DNA of 64,000 bases from positions 4,722,845-4,786,844 of the forward strand of contig SMSO01000014.1 of the NCBI GenBank assembly GCA_004764695.1, written 5' to 3'. Of the stretch, positions 36,326-50,220 are shown in pieces; positions within the stretch are counted from its first letter, which is position 1, and each line of letters begins with the position of its first letter. Source of the DNA: Schizochytrium sp. TIO01 (lineage: Eukaryota > Protista > Bigyra: Labyrinthulomycetes). The notes beneath the pieces were generated by a model. The model ran no database searches. It was not told the DNA's origin and saw nothing but the letters and a program-made list of their open reading frames with translations. Position numbers and translations under genes: made by a program.

Positions 36326-37723
36326 GTGGGACTGTCTTGAACACCTCGTCCCAGTTCAAGCGTTTCGAAGAGATCCCGGAATTCCTGCTTCCAGCTTTGC
36401 AGAACAACGCAGCGCCCACTGGAGGCAAGTAAAACGATCGAGAAGGTGCGCAGCAAATGGCGCCCGGAGAATCCCCGCTCACTCCATTCCATTTCGTTCA
36501 TGCTGGCTTGGCGTAGTTTTCCCCCGCGATGAGGTAGGCATTGAGGCAATCCTCTGCGGCAGAGTGGGTAAACCACCTGCTTTGCCATGGACAGGGCAGG
36601 CATTCACCTCCCTTGCTCTTACGGATTTCCCACTTATTTGACGGAATTCCTTGTTTGGAGATCACCCGGCACCGGGCCGCTCGCAAAGGACGGGCGTCTC
36701 CCGGATCCAAATTCTTGGACCTCCAGCATATTCAGCGTTTCTGCGTAAAAGAAAACAGCTAGCCAGGCACTGACACCTTTTCACTATCTATTTAATTTTA
36801 AAATAAAAAATTGAAAGAAGAGTAATAAACAAATAGATAATTTTGTTTTTTATTTTTATCAAGAATGTGACGGTCTTTTTGAGATTAAAAATAAATAAAT
36901 TTTAATTTTTTTAAATAAAAATTAAATACATAAAGAAAAAGCGTTAAGAAGAAATGAATTACCCTGGGCAGTAGTAGGTACATAGGATCTTGTCTAGCTA
37001 GGTATTATGGTGATTGTACTAAGGGAGTGAAAGGAAGAAGGTAATATAATATACTTTCGGCCCCAATCTTGAGAAGGGGTTTCTTGATGTTAGGCTGAAG
37101 TGCCGTAATTGTGAACATCAAAGACATCGCTCGCCAACTACCTTTGGGTCGCGTGGCTGCTTTCTTTCCTCAAGTTTTGTAGCACCACAATGAAAGAGAG
37201 CAGCCAGCCAGCCAGCCAAACAAACAAATAAACAAACAAATAAACAAACAAACAAACAAACAGTCAGTTCAATACCGTGACTCAAATGATCAAAGACTAG
37301 GCACACGTATAGTCCCTCCCTAGTAGTTTCTCTTCTCAGTTCAAGCCTAAGACCATGTTAGGCGCCGCCGTAGTTCATTTCTTTCTTTCTTTCTTTCTTT
37401 CTTTCTTTGTTGTTTGCTTATGCTAACAAAAGTCTCACGTTGAAGAGAGAGAGAATGAGAGAGAGGGAGAGACGGAGAGAGACGTTCCACGGAAGATAAC
37501 GAGAAGCGGCGCGCTCGCTTCGATGAATTTCGTTCAACTCCACCCGCGGATCTTCTTCTGCGATCAAACTAGCGAGGCGTCTCAGGCATATCAGGCAAGC
37601 AAACTAGCGAGCCGGCGAGCTCACCACCAGTCTGAGAGGATTTACATCGAAAGATCCTGAAGAATATCGAAAGATCCTGCTTGACCCGGGAAAGAAGCCC
37701 AACTTAGCGACATCTTGAAGCCC

Positions 37724-37879
37724 CATCTTGGAGATCATCTTGGAGATCATCTTGGAGATCATCTTGGAAACCATCTTGCAGATCATCTTGCAGATCATCT
37801 TGCAGATCATCTTGCAGATCTTCTTGCAGATCTTCTTGCAGATCTTCTTGCAGATCATCTTGGAAACCATCCTGGAAAC
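37724..37879. repeat. 12-nt minisatellite, 13 units
   Basis: Variants CATCTTGGAGAT, CATCTTGGAAAC, CATCTTGCAGAT and CTTCTTGCAGAT. Confidence 0.95.
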
Positions 37880-38479
37880 CACCTTAGTCACCGAAAAGGC
37901 CTCGCGCTCGAAGCTGTCTGTTTGGCTGTCTGCCTGGCTGGCTGGCTGGCAGGGTGGCACCGAAGAGACCCGTGCTCGAGCCCTGGAGGGGGTCTCAGGG
38001 CGCCTGTCTGTGGACGCCGACGACGAAGAGGAGGGGGAGGGGGTCCATCTCTAGGCTCTCGATTGCCATCTGCAGCAGAGGTTGAAATGGGATTTCTAAC
38101 ACGCAAAACCCCGGCAACTACATTCATTTGATTTTCAAACTCGAACTTTGAGTGAGGTGGCGAGGCGGCAGCAGCCCGAGTCCTCGTCTGAGGCGTGGTC
38201 CGAGTGAACGAGAGAGTAAGTGAGTGAGCAGTTGAGCGCTCTGCCGGTCCTCGGGCTCTTCAGCTTTGTCGCCGCTGTGGCAGGAATGCTTTGAGGGTCC
38301 ATGAACCAACCCGAAGAAGCCCGCCATGAATGCACGCAGCGCAAGCATTGCAAGCAGTCCAAGCAATGCTTGCAAGCTTCTTCAAGTTCGAAGCTGCTGG
38401 CCCATGCTCGCAGCACGCATTCACGTCGAGGCCATGCTGTTATCCTGAGAGCTCCACGACGACTCGAACTCCACGATGA

Positions 38480-38598
38480 TTCGAATTGCTCGCTGATTTG
38501 AATTCGAATTGCTCGCTGATTTGAATTCGAATTCCACGCGGATTTGAATTCGAATTCCACGCGGATTTGAATTCGAATTCCACGCGGATTTGAATTCG
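38480..38598. repeat. 23-nt minisatellite containing the palindrome GAATTCGAATTC
   Basis: GATTTGAATTCGAATT(GCTCGCT/CCACGCG); four full units at 38495-38586 plus partial units on both sides. Confidence 0.95.
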
Positions 38599-40866
38599 TG
38601 ACCATCAGACTTCGTCTCGTAAAGAGAACCACCAAAGTCTTTGGCGGGCTTGAGTAGCCTAAGATAGAGCGAAGCCCTCGTTTGCGCTACACTACTTTAC
38701 TACTGTATGTTTTCTGGAAGACTTCGCTTCTTGCAACTAAAACACTTCCAATTCTTCAAATTTGTCTGTCCGGAAATTCAAAAGGATCTTTTTCTATTTC
38801 TTTTTCTTTTATTCGTGTAAACAAAACAAACCTTCCTTCCTTCCTCCAAAAAAGCTCGAGTGAAAGTTTTGCTGCTTTAAAAACGTTTTTAGAGATACAC
38901 TTTTAAAAAGAGTGTTATGCGCCGCGAAGAAAAGTATTTAGTTAGTTATAAAAGATCAAATGTTAGACTCACCTACGATAAACCTTAGCACCTGTAGGGG
39001 GAAACTGCTCGCAGAAGATAAGGAAATCCAGTGACGCGCGGAAAGGGAAGCACGAATGCAATTACGGAGGCACGCTCGCAGTTGCGTCACAACTGTGGGA
39101 AACCTGTGCCCCGCAGATGCGCACAGACCTCTCAACAATCCCTCAGTGGGCCTCCAGCCCTTCAGTCTGTCTGTCTGTCTGCCTGTCTGTCTCTGTCTTT
39201 CTCAATTGGCTCCTTATTTTTCCTTTTACTTTTCAAAAGTTCATTTTCATGGTTTTTTACATCGACGAAGGAGAACCGCCATACATCCCCAAAAGAAGAG
39301 ATGGTCGCCTCTTCGTGGCGGAGAGCTCAGTCCTGAGCTTTCTCGCGGCGGCTGGAGCGAGCTTGCTTTCCCTCGAGCGCATTGACTGACAGCTTGCATT
39401 TTGGCACAGCAGATCGCAGTCGGTCACAGTCGTCGCTCCGGATCCTGCTTTAGGCTCGACGGTCATTTCATTTCATTCACGCCAGCCACGCTTGCTTCGT
39501 TTGAGCGAGTTCGCAGCGTCAGGAGATCAAGGTTTCCTTCGTGGCGCTGATGGTCGCGACCTGGCGGCAACGGAGCCCAACGATCGCTCGATCACCTCGC
39601 GGCTCGCTCAAGGCGACTGTAGATTCCCAAGCTCCATGCCAAGCCTCCCTGAGACGCAGCAAACAAACCAACCACGCAACGAGCTTGCTTCTTGATTCAA
39701 ACCAAACGAGCCCGAGAGCGTCGTCCTGCACGGCGAGGAGATCGCCACCGCGGCCTTAGGAGCAGAGCTCTAACGAATCCACAGGCTGAGAGCGAGTTTG
39801 ATTGAACTCACGACGGTCTGGCCAGCGAGCCAAGCTAGCTAGCTAGCTAGCTAGCTGGGCAGCCAGCGAGCGAGCGTGTGGGCGCTCGATTTGGCATTCA
39901 TTCCTTCGTTCATGCTGGGGTGTGCGGGACGATCTCCGAGCAGCTCAGGCGCACCCTGGAGGCGTCGAGCTCGAGGTTCATGGAGACAGAGATGCCCTGT
40001 GCTTTCAAATCCTGAAGGGTCGGAGGCTTGATTGCCTGGGCACGACCTGCTTTCGGGCGAAGACGGAGACGGAGACGGAGACGGGGATGGAGATGGCTAG
40101 ATAGCTGTCCTTCTGCCGCTGCAGTGGCGATGGCGAAGGCGTGTTTGGTTGGGTGTGTGCCTAGCTGGGTCCTCTGCAGTCTTGATTTCGAACTCGACGT
40201 GGACATGCTCGTGGCCGTCGAGAGCAGCCACCGCCCGGAGCGCTCTGGCAGTGGGCAGTCAAGACAGTCAAGAGTGTTCGCTCACATGATGGTCATGATC
40301 CAAGGCTGCAATCCAGAGTCGATCGGTTGCAATCGATCGCGAAGCAGCGGTGTGTGCCTGGCTGCCTGGCTGCTTGCTTGCTTGCCCTCGTATGTCTCTA
40401 AATCAATAGCCCCGCTTCCTCAGGCTGTCTGCAAGTCCGTGGCACTACTTCGGAAGCCTCTCTGCGAAGCGCGTTAAACGTGGAGCGGCATAGGAAGTCT
40501 GATACGAACGAAGTTGATTGTCCTTTACATTCTGTTGAAAGACATGGGTCCCTTTTCGCTCGATTTCTCGCGGCTTGAAGAGTTTTCAAGTCTTCTTGAG
40601 TTGATCTGTTTGTTTGTAGCGACGACGCACAACGGCGATTAATGGCATTACTTAATCTGGCAAACACCTCGAATTAACTCGAGTAGACTCGAGTAGAGCA
40701 GGTAGCTAGCAAGCTAGCTAGCCCAGGCACGACTCCGAATCAATCGTTCGGTACGACTTACTCCCATGTTTGCGCACGCCTCGTTTCGGCGCCTGGCCCT
40801 CACTGCATTGTCCTCGAGACTCTGAGTTTTCACGAAACCATTCACGAAACACCTGCATAATTCTGG

Positions 40867-40934
40867 GTAGGTAGGTATAGGTAGGTAGGTAGGTAGGTAG
40901 GTAGGTAGGTAGGTAGGTAGATAGATAGATAGAT
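40867..40934. repeat. (TAGG)n/(TAGA)n microsatellite
   Basis: Read directly from the sequence. Confidence 0.9.
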
Positions 40935-42433
40935 GGTACCTCCCTCCCGAAAGGTTTTGTGATTGCCAACTTGAGAGCCTCCTCGACAACGATGATGGTG
41001 ACACAAAAGAGGTGGTTTAATCGTGGTGACGATTGATCCTCACAATCGGAAGCCAAGCCCCTTCTACAACTCCATCGTCATCATCATCATCATCATTCTG
41101 AGCTATCTAGGTTAAGTAGGTACCTACCTACCCACTCTTTACTCCGTGGCAAGAAGGCACACTCCAGAGCAGGGGCGGTCCAGGGATTCCATCGTGCCTG
41201 AGACACCGCCTTTCTGTTGCTGCTGCTGCTGCTGCTGTTGTTGTTGCTGTCGATTTGCTGTCACCAAGCAGAGTCAGTCCTCAGCTGCAAGCAAGTTTCC
41301 TACCCTTGAACAGGGCGAGGCGGCATGCGTCAGGCTTGTTGACAATTGAATCACCATGGATGGCATCGAGCCGTTCCAGGGTCCCCTTCCCAAAACCAGC
41401 AGAGCCGCCTGCAAGTGCCAACCAAGAGCAGCGAGAGCGATCTGCACCACCATCTGCTCAAGATCTCTCTCTCTCTCTCTCTCTCGCACACACCCAGTTA
41501 CTACTTGAAGGTACCTTGGTACCTCCTACCTGGCCAGAGTAGAAGAGAACCGCTGCAAACCGCCTCAGCAGTTTTCAAGGAAAGGAAAGATACCAACTTT
41601 GAGAAGTCCGGAAAGCAAATAAACTTTCAAGACGGCGTACGACGATCATCATCCATCGATGATCGGCTGCACGGATCGTTCAAGGGGAGACTCCGAGAAT
41701 GCAAGCGTGATGGCTATTATCGACGAGGTGGAGATCCACCAGCAGTACCTGGAAACCGATTAGCAATGCATGCTTTTGCTTCGTTTCGCTTGAGTTCTGT
41801 CTTACAGCCAAGCCAAGAGGTTTTCACCTCTGGGCTCTGGCTGGATGGCCATAGTACCTGTGCATCCGTCTATCATCTGCTTGCTTGCTTGCGCTTGGAA
41901 CGCTTCGTTTTGCGGCGGTGACGGTGATGAAGAGTGGGTTTGTTTCCGCTCACTCAAGGGTTCGTGCTCTTCCTTTAACTCGAGCGAAGAACAAGAATAT
42001 GCCAACTAAAAACGTGCCGCGCTCAGGTCGGTCTGTATGATGGATGGCGCTGAGGCAGCGGCACGCGATCGAAGGAGGTTGGTACCTCTGAGTCTCTTTC
42101 TTTCTTCTTGGGACTGCCGTTGTCTTCTTCACAGTTCAAGAACGACAAAAGCATCCGCGCTTTGACTAAAAGAGAGGGAAGAGAACCGAGCAAGCAAGAG
42201 TGTGCGGGCGTATCCATCGCTTGTGATCGCCGTGCTTGCTCTGCTCTTCAGATCTAGGGATAGGTACTTTCCAGTAGCCCCGCTGTTGTTTTTCCTGCGA
42301 CTGTTCGTCTGCCTTGGCGTGCACGCTCGTTTCGCAGAAGGGTCGCTTGGATGATCAAGCGTTCAAGTTCTTTCGCAGCCACCGCCGTCACCACCACCCT
42401 CGTGATTAGCATGATATATCTGACTGCTAGCCT

Positions 42434-42610
42434 TGATTAAATGATTGAATAAATGAATGAATGAATGATCAATTGATTTAATGATTGAATGAATGAATGA
42501 ATGAATGATTAATTGATTTAATGATTGAATGATTGAATGAATGAATGAATGAATGATTAATTGAATAATTGATTAAATGATTAAATGAATGAATGAATGA
42601 TTGAATGATT
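42434..42610. repeat. Degenerate (GAAT/GATT/AAAT)n tract
   Basis: Read directly from the sequence. Confidence 0.9.
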
Positions 42611-45600
42611 GCAGGAGATCTTGGACTCAGGGGTCTGCCAAATGAAGTCTCCGAGAACCGCATTGAGATCGAGATCGAGCTCGAAGGCCCCTACGCTGCT
42701 AAACTTGCCTGCCTGCCAGGTAGCAAGTACTCTTCTGCCCTGCGTGATCTCTGAGTTGCAAATGCTCGACCTCCACAAATGCCTTCGCGACGAAGGGTCT
42801 CCCGAACAGCCTTCTTCAGCTTTCTCTTTCCATCGCTTCTCTTTGTTTTCTTCCCACACAACTTGACAACAGTTTGTTACTTAGTTAGTTAGTTACTTCG
42901 TTAGTTAGTTAGTTAGGTAGTTATCCCACTTAAAACCCGCCTCCGTACCTACTACATACCTCTAAACAAACAAACAGATGAACAAACAAACAAACAAACA
43001 AACAAACAATTAATCAAACAACAATCAAAGAACTCTTTCTCAATTCGAGTTGCCGTGAGAGGAAGCGGCTTGATTGCCGAAGTATGGCTATTATCCCACT
43101 ACTCTAAGCCGCAGAAAGAAGCCAAGAAAGGGGGCCTTAGAAAGTTTAAGTTTCTTTCTTCTTCTTCTTCTTCTTCTTCTTCTAGCTCGTTCTCTCTGAT
43201 ACTACTGGAAATGGCTTTGCTCGGCGACGGTTTCCTGCGCAGAAGAGAAGAGGGGGCCTCGTGGACAGGAACTTTGGGTACGCGTGCGTGCGATGCCGAG
43301 ACCGAGTGAAGCTGGAGCTCGCAAGAAAGCACTACGCCTCATGAGCGAGGAAGGAACAGAAGCGCCTCATTCCTGCCTCAGCTTGGCTTGGCAGTTTTCT
43401 TTTGATTTTATTTTATCTGCAAAAGAGAATCGCCGCAGATCACAGAGAGAGAGATAAATAGAGAGATAAATAGAGAGGAATGGAGTGAATTCGAGGATTC
43501 CTTTCTCAGAATGTCTGTCCAGAAGAGAGCGAAAAGCTACGCTCGGCCTGAGGTCAGAATATCTCTTCTTCTGCTGCTGTTCGTTTCCTCGTGGCCTCTA
43601 GAGAAGCGGAACAAATAATGAATGAATGCATGAATGAATGAATTAATAATCGTGATTGAGATGGCGAAAGAAATCATAAAAGGTTACATACAATTCGCGA
43701 CCGTTGATCTGTTGCATTTTAATCTTAACAACATTAAAAATAACAAATCCAAAACATGTCTCTGTGAAAGAGAGGGGAATCAAGTACGTAGATCAGCCAC
43801 GATTTGCCTTACTGCCGTTCGTTCGTTTGCATATGTCGAACTTTTTGATTGAAAGCTAAGGCTAAAATCGAAGAAAGGGAAACGACTCAAGAGCCGTACT
43901 CAGTACACGTGATTTGGCCACATGACTACTTTAACTAAGAGAGTCCTGGTTACCGCCATTATTGGCAAAGCTCTGAAAAGATCGGCTTAGATTGAATAAA
44001 TGAATAAATGAATGAATGAATGAATGAATGGAGGAAGGATTTGGGCTCTCGAGACCTGCGAAATCAATCGTCATGCGAAGCACTCGTTTCTCCAGGAGGG
44101 GCGTGTGCTCACGAGGGCCGCTTGAGACTTCGAAGAGTCTCCGAACTCCTCGTCCTGCGAGCATTTCGATTCAATATTCACAGGATTTTCAACTCGATTC
44201 TAGTTCGAAGTTCGTCGCTTTCTCCGCAACCAAAATCTTGAACAGAATGAGTTTTCCTTTTTATTCACAAACAAACAAAAGAAACAAACAAAGAAGCAAA
44301 GAAACAAACTGAAAACAGAAGAATGAATAGCAATCATTCGAACAACGGAGAGACTGACTGAGAAAAACTCGCTATCTTAGAAAAATTAACATTATTGAGC
44401 TCCGAGCAGGCCTGGCTCGCTGCGGGAGTTGTATACAATGAACCTGTCCCGACTGGGGGGCGGCAGAGCTATCATCTTGAGCGACTGCGGGATGCGATAG
44501 AGGAACCCGCTGCCATATCACTCTGGGCACTGTGGGTGTCGGGGCGAGCAGCAACCTCCATAGTGGGCCCCGCAGCACTCCGGCTCCGGCGGCTCCCGTC
44601 CCTGCTTTCAGTGGGAAGCACACCCTGGGAGCGCCGACAGGGATTTCTTTCTTCATTCAAAAACCGACATATTGAACAAACACAAATTTAAAATTTTCTA
44701 TTTTTATTTTTATTAAATTAAAATAAATGTTCATTCTTAATTCTAAAAAAAGAAATGAATAAAAAAGCAGAAAAATGAAAAAAAAAAGAGGGCATACATA
44801 AGAACTTAACTGGGTAGGTCCGTGCTCTGTTCTTCTTGTTACCTGCTCCCATCCCAACAGGTTTTCCTCCTATAGAAAACACAAGTTCGATCTTCTTTGA
44901 AGTTCTTTGAAGGGACAGACAGACAGCAGTTCCTCCGCCATCGTTCCACAGCTTCTTCTTCTGCCGCCAAACTCGGCTCTTCGCCGCCTCATCGGCCGGT
45001 ACACACCTTTCGCCCACGGCTTTCGCGCTTCGCTGTAAACCCAGCCAAAACAAACTTGAGGCCAAGACCTCGATAGCTCAGTGAGAGAAGAAAGCAGCGC
45101 AAGAAGAAAGCAAAACACACATAATACATATACACATACATGTATGATGTGTGTAAATATAATGTTATATGAGCGTGTTTATGTGTATGCGAGAGAGTGT
45201 GTGTTTTGCTTTACACGTTGTGTATATGTATAAGCGCGGAGGACCATCACAGCAGCATCCCGCCTGCCATGAACCTCTCCGCCTGCGTGGCGTCCATGCC
45301 GTGGGGATTCCTCGGTGCTCGAGATTGGGCCGGCCGATCACCCGTGCGGGCTCGTTCCCCCCTGCAGGCCTCACGCGATGCGAGCGGCCTGGGTCGACTC
45401 GGCTCGAGGGGTTTTTGTGGCCATGGGTTCTGTGAAGATCCGTCGCCTCTTGGAGCCCCAAAGAGACCACGAAGTCATTAATTGGCATGGGCGGCGGAAA
45501 GAGCGTTGCGCACTGTATAGGCACGTGCAATAATACGCGCAATCAATAAGGCGGCCTGCATAGCCAAGAGCAGCGGTGGCAGCACTTAAGGAGGCAGAAA

Positions 45601-48600
45601 GAGAGCGCTGCTTTACCGTTCTCTGCAGCTCTGGAGACAGTTCTTTGCGCGCTGTATAACTAACTCACTAACTGTTTGGAGGGAGCGAATGAAAATGAAA
45701 TATTCTTTCATGAATAAAAATTGGGTAATGTCCAATGGTGGTTTGAGGTAACGACCCTGGTAAGTGGAAAGATGATTCGTCTGTTTATTCATTTGTTCAT
45801 TGATCCACCCCACATACTTGGATCCTTTCAGCTCAGCAGCCCTACATTTAATTCTTTGTTTGTGAAAAGAAAGACACTGCAGCAGCTGCGCACAGCAGCC
45901 AGGGACAGAGGCCTTTCCTGCACTTTTGTCCCTGTCTCCACGATCGATCAAACGATTAAACAAACAAACGATCAATCAGTCAACCAATCAGCCTCACGAG
46001 AGCTTTTCGCTGCCGATCGTCAGTTCTGCGAAAATAACAATTGCATTCCTTCCTTCCCTCCTTCTTCCAGACCACCCATCATTTAAAAAGTACCTATCTA
46101 TCCTACTCTGTCTACTAATCGAAAAAAATACAACAAAAAAAGCATTTGTTTTCTCAATTTAAAAAGGATGTTCCGAGGATAAATAAGGTCATCATACCTA
46201 ACTTGACTAAAATTTAAACTTAAAACAGGGAAAGGAACAACTTGAAACTTAGAAAGAATGAAAAGTTTTTCCAAGTGGCATGAGCACCGCATGCCTGGCT
46301 TAGGATGGCCTAGTGTTTAGGGTAAGAGGCCGCAACCGCGGGAGGTCCTATCTCATAGGTAGCTAGGTAGCTAACCGCTATCTGTGTATTACTAACCCAC
46401 AAAAGTTCATAGATAGATAGATAAATATGTAGATAAATAGGCGAGGAAGTAGTAGTGGGTAATAGGAGACAGCGGCGAAGAAGGTAAAGAGCGGTATTTT
46501 ATTTTATTTTTATTTCTTTGAATGGAACTGAGTGGAATTGGGTGGAATTGGCTGAAGCAACGAACGACCCATCATCAGAAAGCACAGGCCATGGACCACT
46601 GGTGCTCGAGGCGTGGGTGGCGGCGGAGACGGCGCTCAATTGGCGCAGTTGATGCAGAAAGGCGCAGTTCAAGGCTGAACGAGCTCCGCGGGACGCTCTC
46701 TCCCCTCGTCTCGTGGCCACTCGCGGCTTCTGCGAGGCTGTTTGCAGGTCCTCTTGAAGCAATGCGGCGAGAAGTGCCATCGCAATGACGACTCAGTCTT
46801 CTCTCTCTCTCTATATATATATATATCCAATCAATCCTATGTTCTACAAGTTACAACTAAATCAACCCAAAAAGATTTCGAAAGGAATGGGGAATGAGTG
46901 CTCTGTTTCATTTGAAAAGCACTAAACAGCCACTAAACAGGCGCTAAGAGGTGCTAGATGCTATCTAGCTAGCTAGGCTTTGCTGGCTGAATGTACTACG
47001 TAGGTGCTAATAGCACAGATAGCGCCTTTCAATTTTCAATTTAATTCAAGTTTTAAAGTTTTTTTTTAAAAAGTTTTTTTAAATATATAGAAATAGAAAT
47101 ATAAAAGGAATTTTGTTTTTCTTTCTCGTTCGCAAAATGGTCTCCAAAAGCAGATTTGGATATTTGAGAAAGGAAGAAAGGTGGAGATGACGCATGAGCT
47201 GGAAATTGAAACAGACAGCGAATAAATTTACTCGAGCTATTCCTGTGTATGAGAGGGAGGCCTTTTGCTAACGCAGGCACTAACACTTCGTGGCTCTGAA
47301 GGGCTTAATACGGAAAGCAAGGTGGTCAGAGATGGAGAGCGCGCGTGGCTTTCCCTCGATTTTTATTGCTTCCGTTCGCACTCCTTCCAATGCAATCGCT
47401 GCTGTCTTCAACATACCATTTATATTACTTTATTTCTTTATTTCTTTCTTTCCAACTTTCTTTCAATTCGGTTAATAGACGGTTGGAAGCAGGCGTACTT
47501 AGAAGGTCCTACTCATTTAATTATGATGCGCGCGCCACCGACTACCGGAGAAAAAGGTTTACCCGTTAGGCCAAAAGACCTTCCCCTGACCCCCTTTGGT
47601 GCGGTTGCCCCGGAATGCAGCACCTTTCACGAGGTGCACTGCAGCAAAGGAAGTGCCGGGGAAACACACCTCGGGTGCCTGTACTACGGTGTGCGCAAGT
47701 GTCTCCTCATCGAGTGAGGATTGTTTATTGATTTCTTTGTTTTCTCTGATTTGTTTGTTTTCTACTTGATCATTTTTTAGAGCTCGTTTATTAAAAATGA
47801 CGAACAGATTAGTAAATTCTATTGGCCAACTACCTCAGTATGAAGCAGCAGTACAAGTGCTGACTTAGTACTTTCGTACGCATAGACATAGAGACATACA
47901 TACATATAAAAATACATCATACCCACGGTGTCCACAGCCACAGAGCACCTCGAATTCTTGGACTAGATGGGCAGTTACGGCTGTTGCTCTCCAAACCAAA
48001 GCCAACTCAAGCGTCGATGTTCTCATTCGAAGACGGCTCAACCTCAATTTGGAGCGACGAGTTTATCGACGTGAAGAAGCCAACACAAAAACAAACAAAA
48101 AATCAGTGATTAGGCATACATGCATACATACATAAATACATTTATAAGTAGCGGCACACGAAATCAACGTCGCCTCAGCAATGCCGGAGATGAGGTGCTC
48201 TGAAGCGGTATCTTGGACCACCTCTTCTTTCGCTCCTCTGTCTGGTAATCTATTCATCGTGAATTGAACTCCCAAATCAATCAAAAGATGAAGAAAGAAA
48301 TGAATTACTCTTGAATAAATTAAAGTGCATCGATTACCTTTCAAGTAAATAAACAAATGAATAAATGAATTAATTAATTTATAAATGAATAAATAAAAGC
48401 TGCTCTTGCTGTCTCCAAGATCACTCACCGCGATCCTGCGAAATCCTCCACAGCGACTCGTTCTATTGTTTTCGATAGACGCGGCGTAGCGGCTTTATTG
48501 GCTCCTGCCGTGTAGACGGCGGTAAGTGGCGCCTACGCACCCTGTGATTAGCAGCTGTAGATAGCTATTACTCCTCATGTGCTCTGTTGTTTCGCCAGGT

Positions 48601-48915
48601 TGGCCTGAGACGAACTCGCTCAATAATTCATTGATTCATTCATCACTCACTCATGCATTGATTCATTCGATCTATTGACGTCGCTGATCTGTGGCCCGAA
48701 TGAGACAAAGTGCTCCATGTTCCACCATTGAAAGGCCTTCGAGCATGAATGCGGGCTTGTTCGAAGTTGACGCGTTGGGCTTTGGCGATAGTTTGATTTG
48801 ATCAGAAATGGCCAAAGCAATCGATCGAATTTGACGTGATGGCCGATAGTGCCTTATTTTTAGTCTTCTTCGTGAAAGGAAACGAAACTGATAACACGAA
48901 ATGGGAGCGTAAGGA

Positions 48916-49150
48916 AATGAATGAATGAATGAATGAATGAATGAATGAATGAATGAATGAATGAATGAATGAATAAGTACACGAGTAAACAAATGAATAA
49001 ATAGTGAGTAAATAAATGAATAAATACGTGAGTAAATAAATGAATAAATACGTGAGTAAATGAATGAATAAGTACATGAGTAAACAAATGAATAAGTACA
49101 TGAGTAAACAAATAAATAAATTCATGAGTAAATAAATGAATATACAAATG
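48916..49150. repeat. (GAAT)n microsatellite grading into a 24-nt higher-order repeat
   Basis: About 7 units resembling GAGTAAAyAAATGAATAArTACrT start at 48983. Confidence 0.9.
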
Positions 49151-50174
49151 AATAAAGAAATAAATGGATAAATCATGCGTAGGACTGGCGCCGTCTCGAG
49201 CCAGTGCGCAAGAGCTGCACGTGTATCGATCAGATCAGATCAAATCAGATCAGATCAGAGGCCCTTTGAGACAAATGAGAGCCTTCTCTGATCGAGAAAG
49301 CTGGTTTTGAGACCGAGTTCTTGAGTTTTGTCTTATTTATCTATTCTTTCTCTCATTCGCCGCCTTTCTGTTCAGTTTCTTTCTGTTTTTTAATGTATCT
49401 TTTACCAGCTGGTTTGAGACGATTCCTGCTCGCGCCAGGGAAGTGTTTGTTTACGACTACCACTACCGCTACTGCTATTATTACTACTACCTGCAGAAAC
49501 AAGAGAAAAGTAGAAACATTATTCTTTCATTTCTGTCCGTCTGCTTCTGCGAACAGCGGCTCATTAAAATACGCTGGAAGCTTGATTAAAATACGCCGTC
49601 ACCCCATAGGACTCCTACCCCTGGGATAGAAGTAACCCTACGCACCTTTTTAGACACTGACTCTGCGGCGCGTCAACAGAGAGGAACTCCTGAGAGAGAC
49701 GGCGTGGGTCAGCGTCGGCGAGCAAACGCGTGTGCGTGCGAGAATGCTAAGATATATTAGCGCTAAATATAGCAGTCGCCGCTCGCAGCTCACATTCTTT
49801 CAGTCTCTTTTTTTTTCCTTAAATTAAAATGATCATTATTTAGTTATTTTAAAATTAAATTTAGTGTGACTTACAATAAGCATTACAGCTAGCCAGTAAT
49901 TAAATAACAGCTATCTATCCGTAGTGAGAAGACTAGTGCTTGGACAGCCTGCGCAAGTCCCTTGGTCCCCGCAGTGCGAGTCAGTCTCATATGATAGAAA
50001 GCTCCAGAAGAACTCCTTTTATTTTTCTGTTTGTTTGCCGATATATGTAGCAATGGAGGTATTCTATATTTTCTGCTTGCTTTTAAATGAAATGCAAAGT
50101 AGGAAAGAATGTTAGTTTCGCGTGGTTCTCTGTGAGGGGGAAGAGAGACAGCGGCCAAGAAAGAAGGGTGATTG

Positions 50175-50220
50175 ATAAGCGCAATAAGCGCAATAAGCGC
50201 AGTAAGCGCAATAAGCGCAA
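50175..50220. repeat. 9-nt tandem repeat (ATAAGCGCA) x5
   Basis: Read directly; one unit carries a substitution. Confidence 0.9.

Noticed and set aside
37604-38131. Overlapping ORFs with LQII/DHLA/KMIC repeats
   Set aside because: They are by-products of a stop-free 12-nt minisatellite, mostly with non-ATG starts.
38480-38598. CRISPR-like repeat/spacer pattern
   Set aside because: The 'spacers' are only 7 nt and are themselves repeated; there are no cas genes and the context is eukaryotic.
47565-47590. Minus-strand GGGAAGGTCT resembling RNase P RNA CR-I
   Set aside because: I found no matching CR-V/P4 partner at a plausible distance.
48672-49176. ORFs rich in FIHS/YLFI repeats (also at 42478-42859 and 14208-14499)
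   Set aside because: They are translations of (GAAT)n-type microsatellites.
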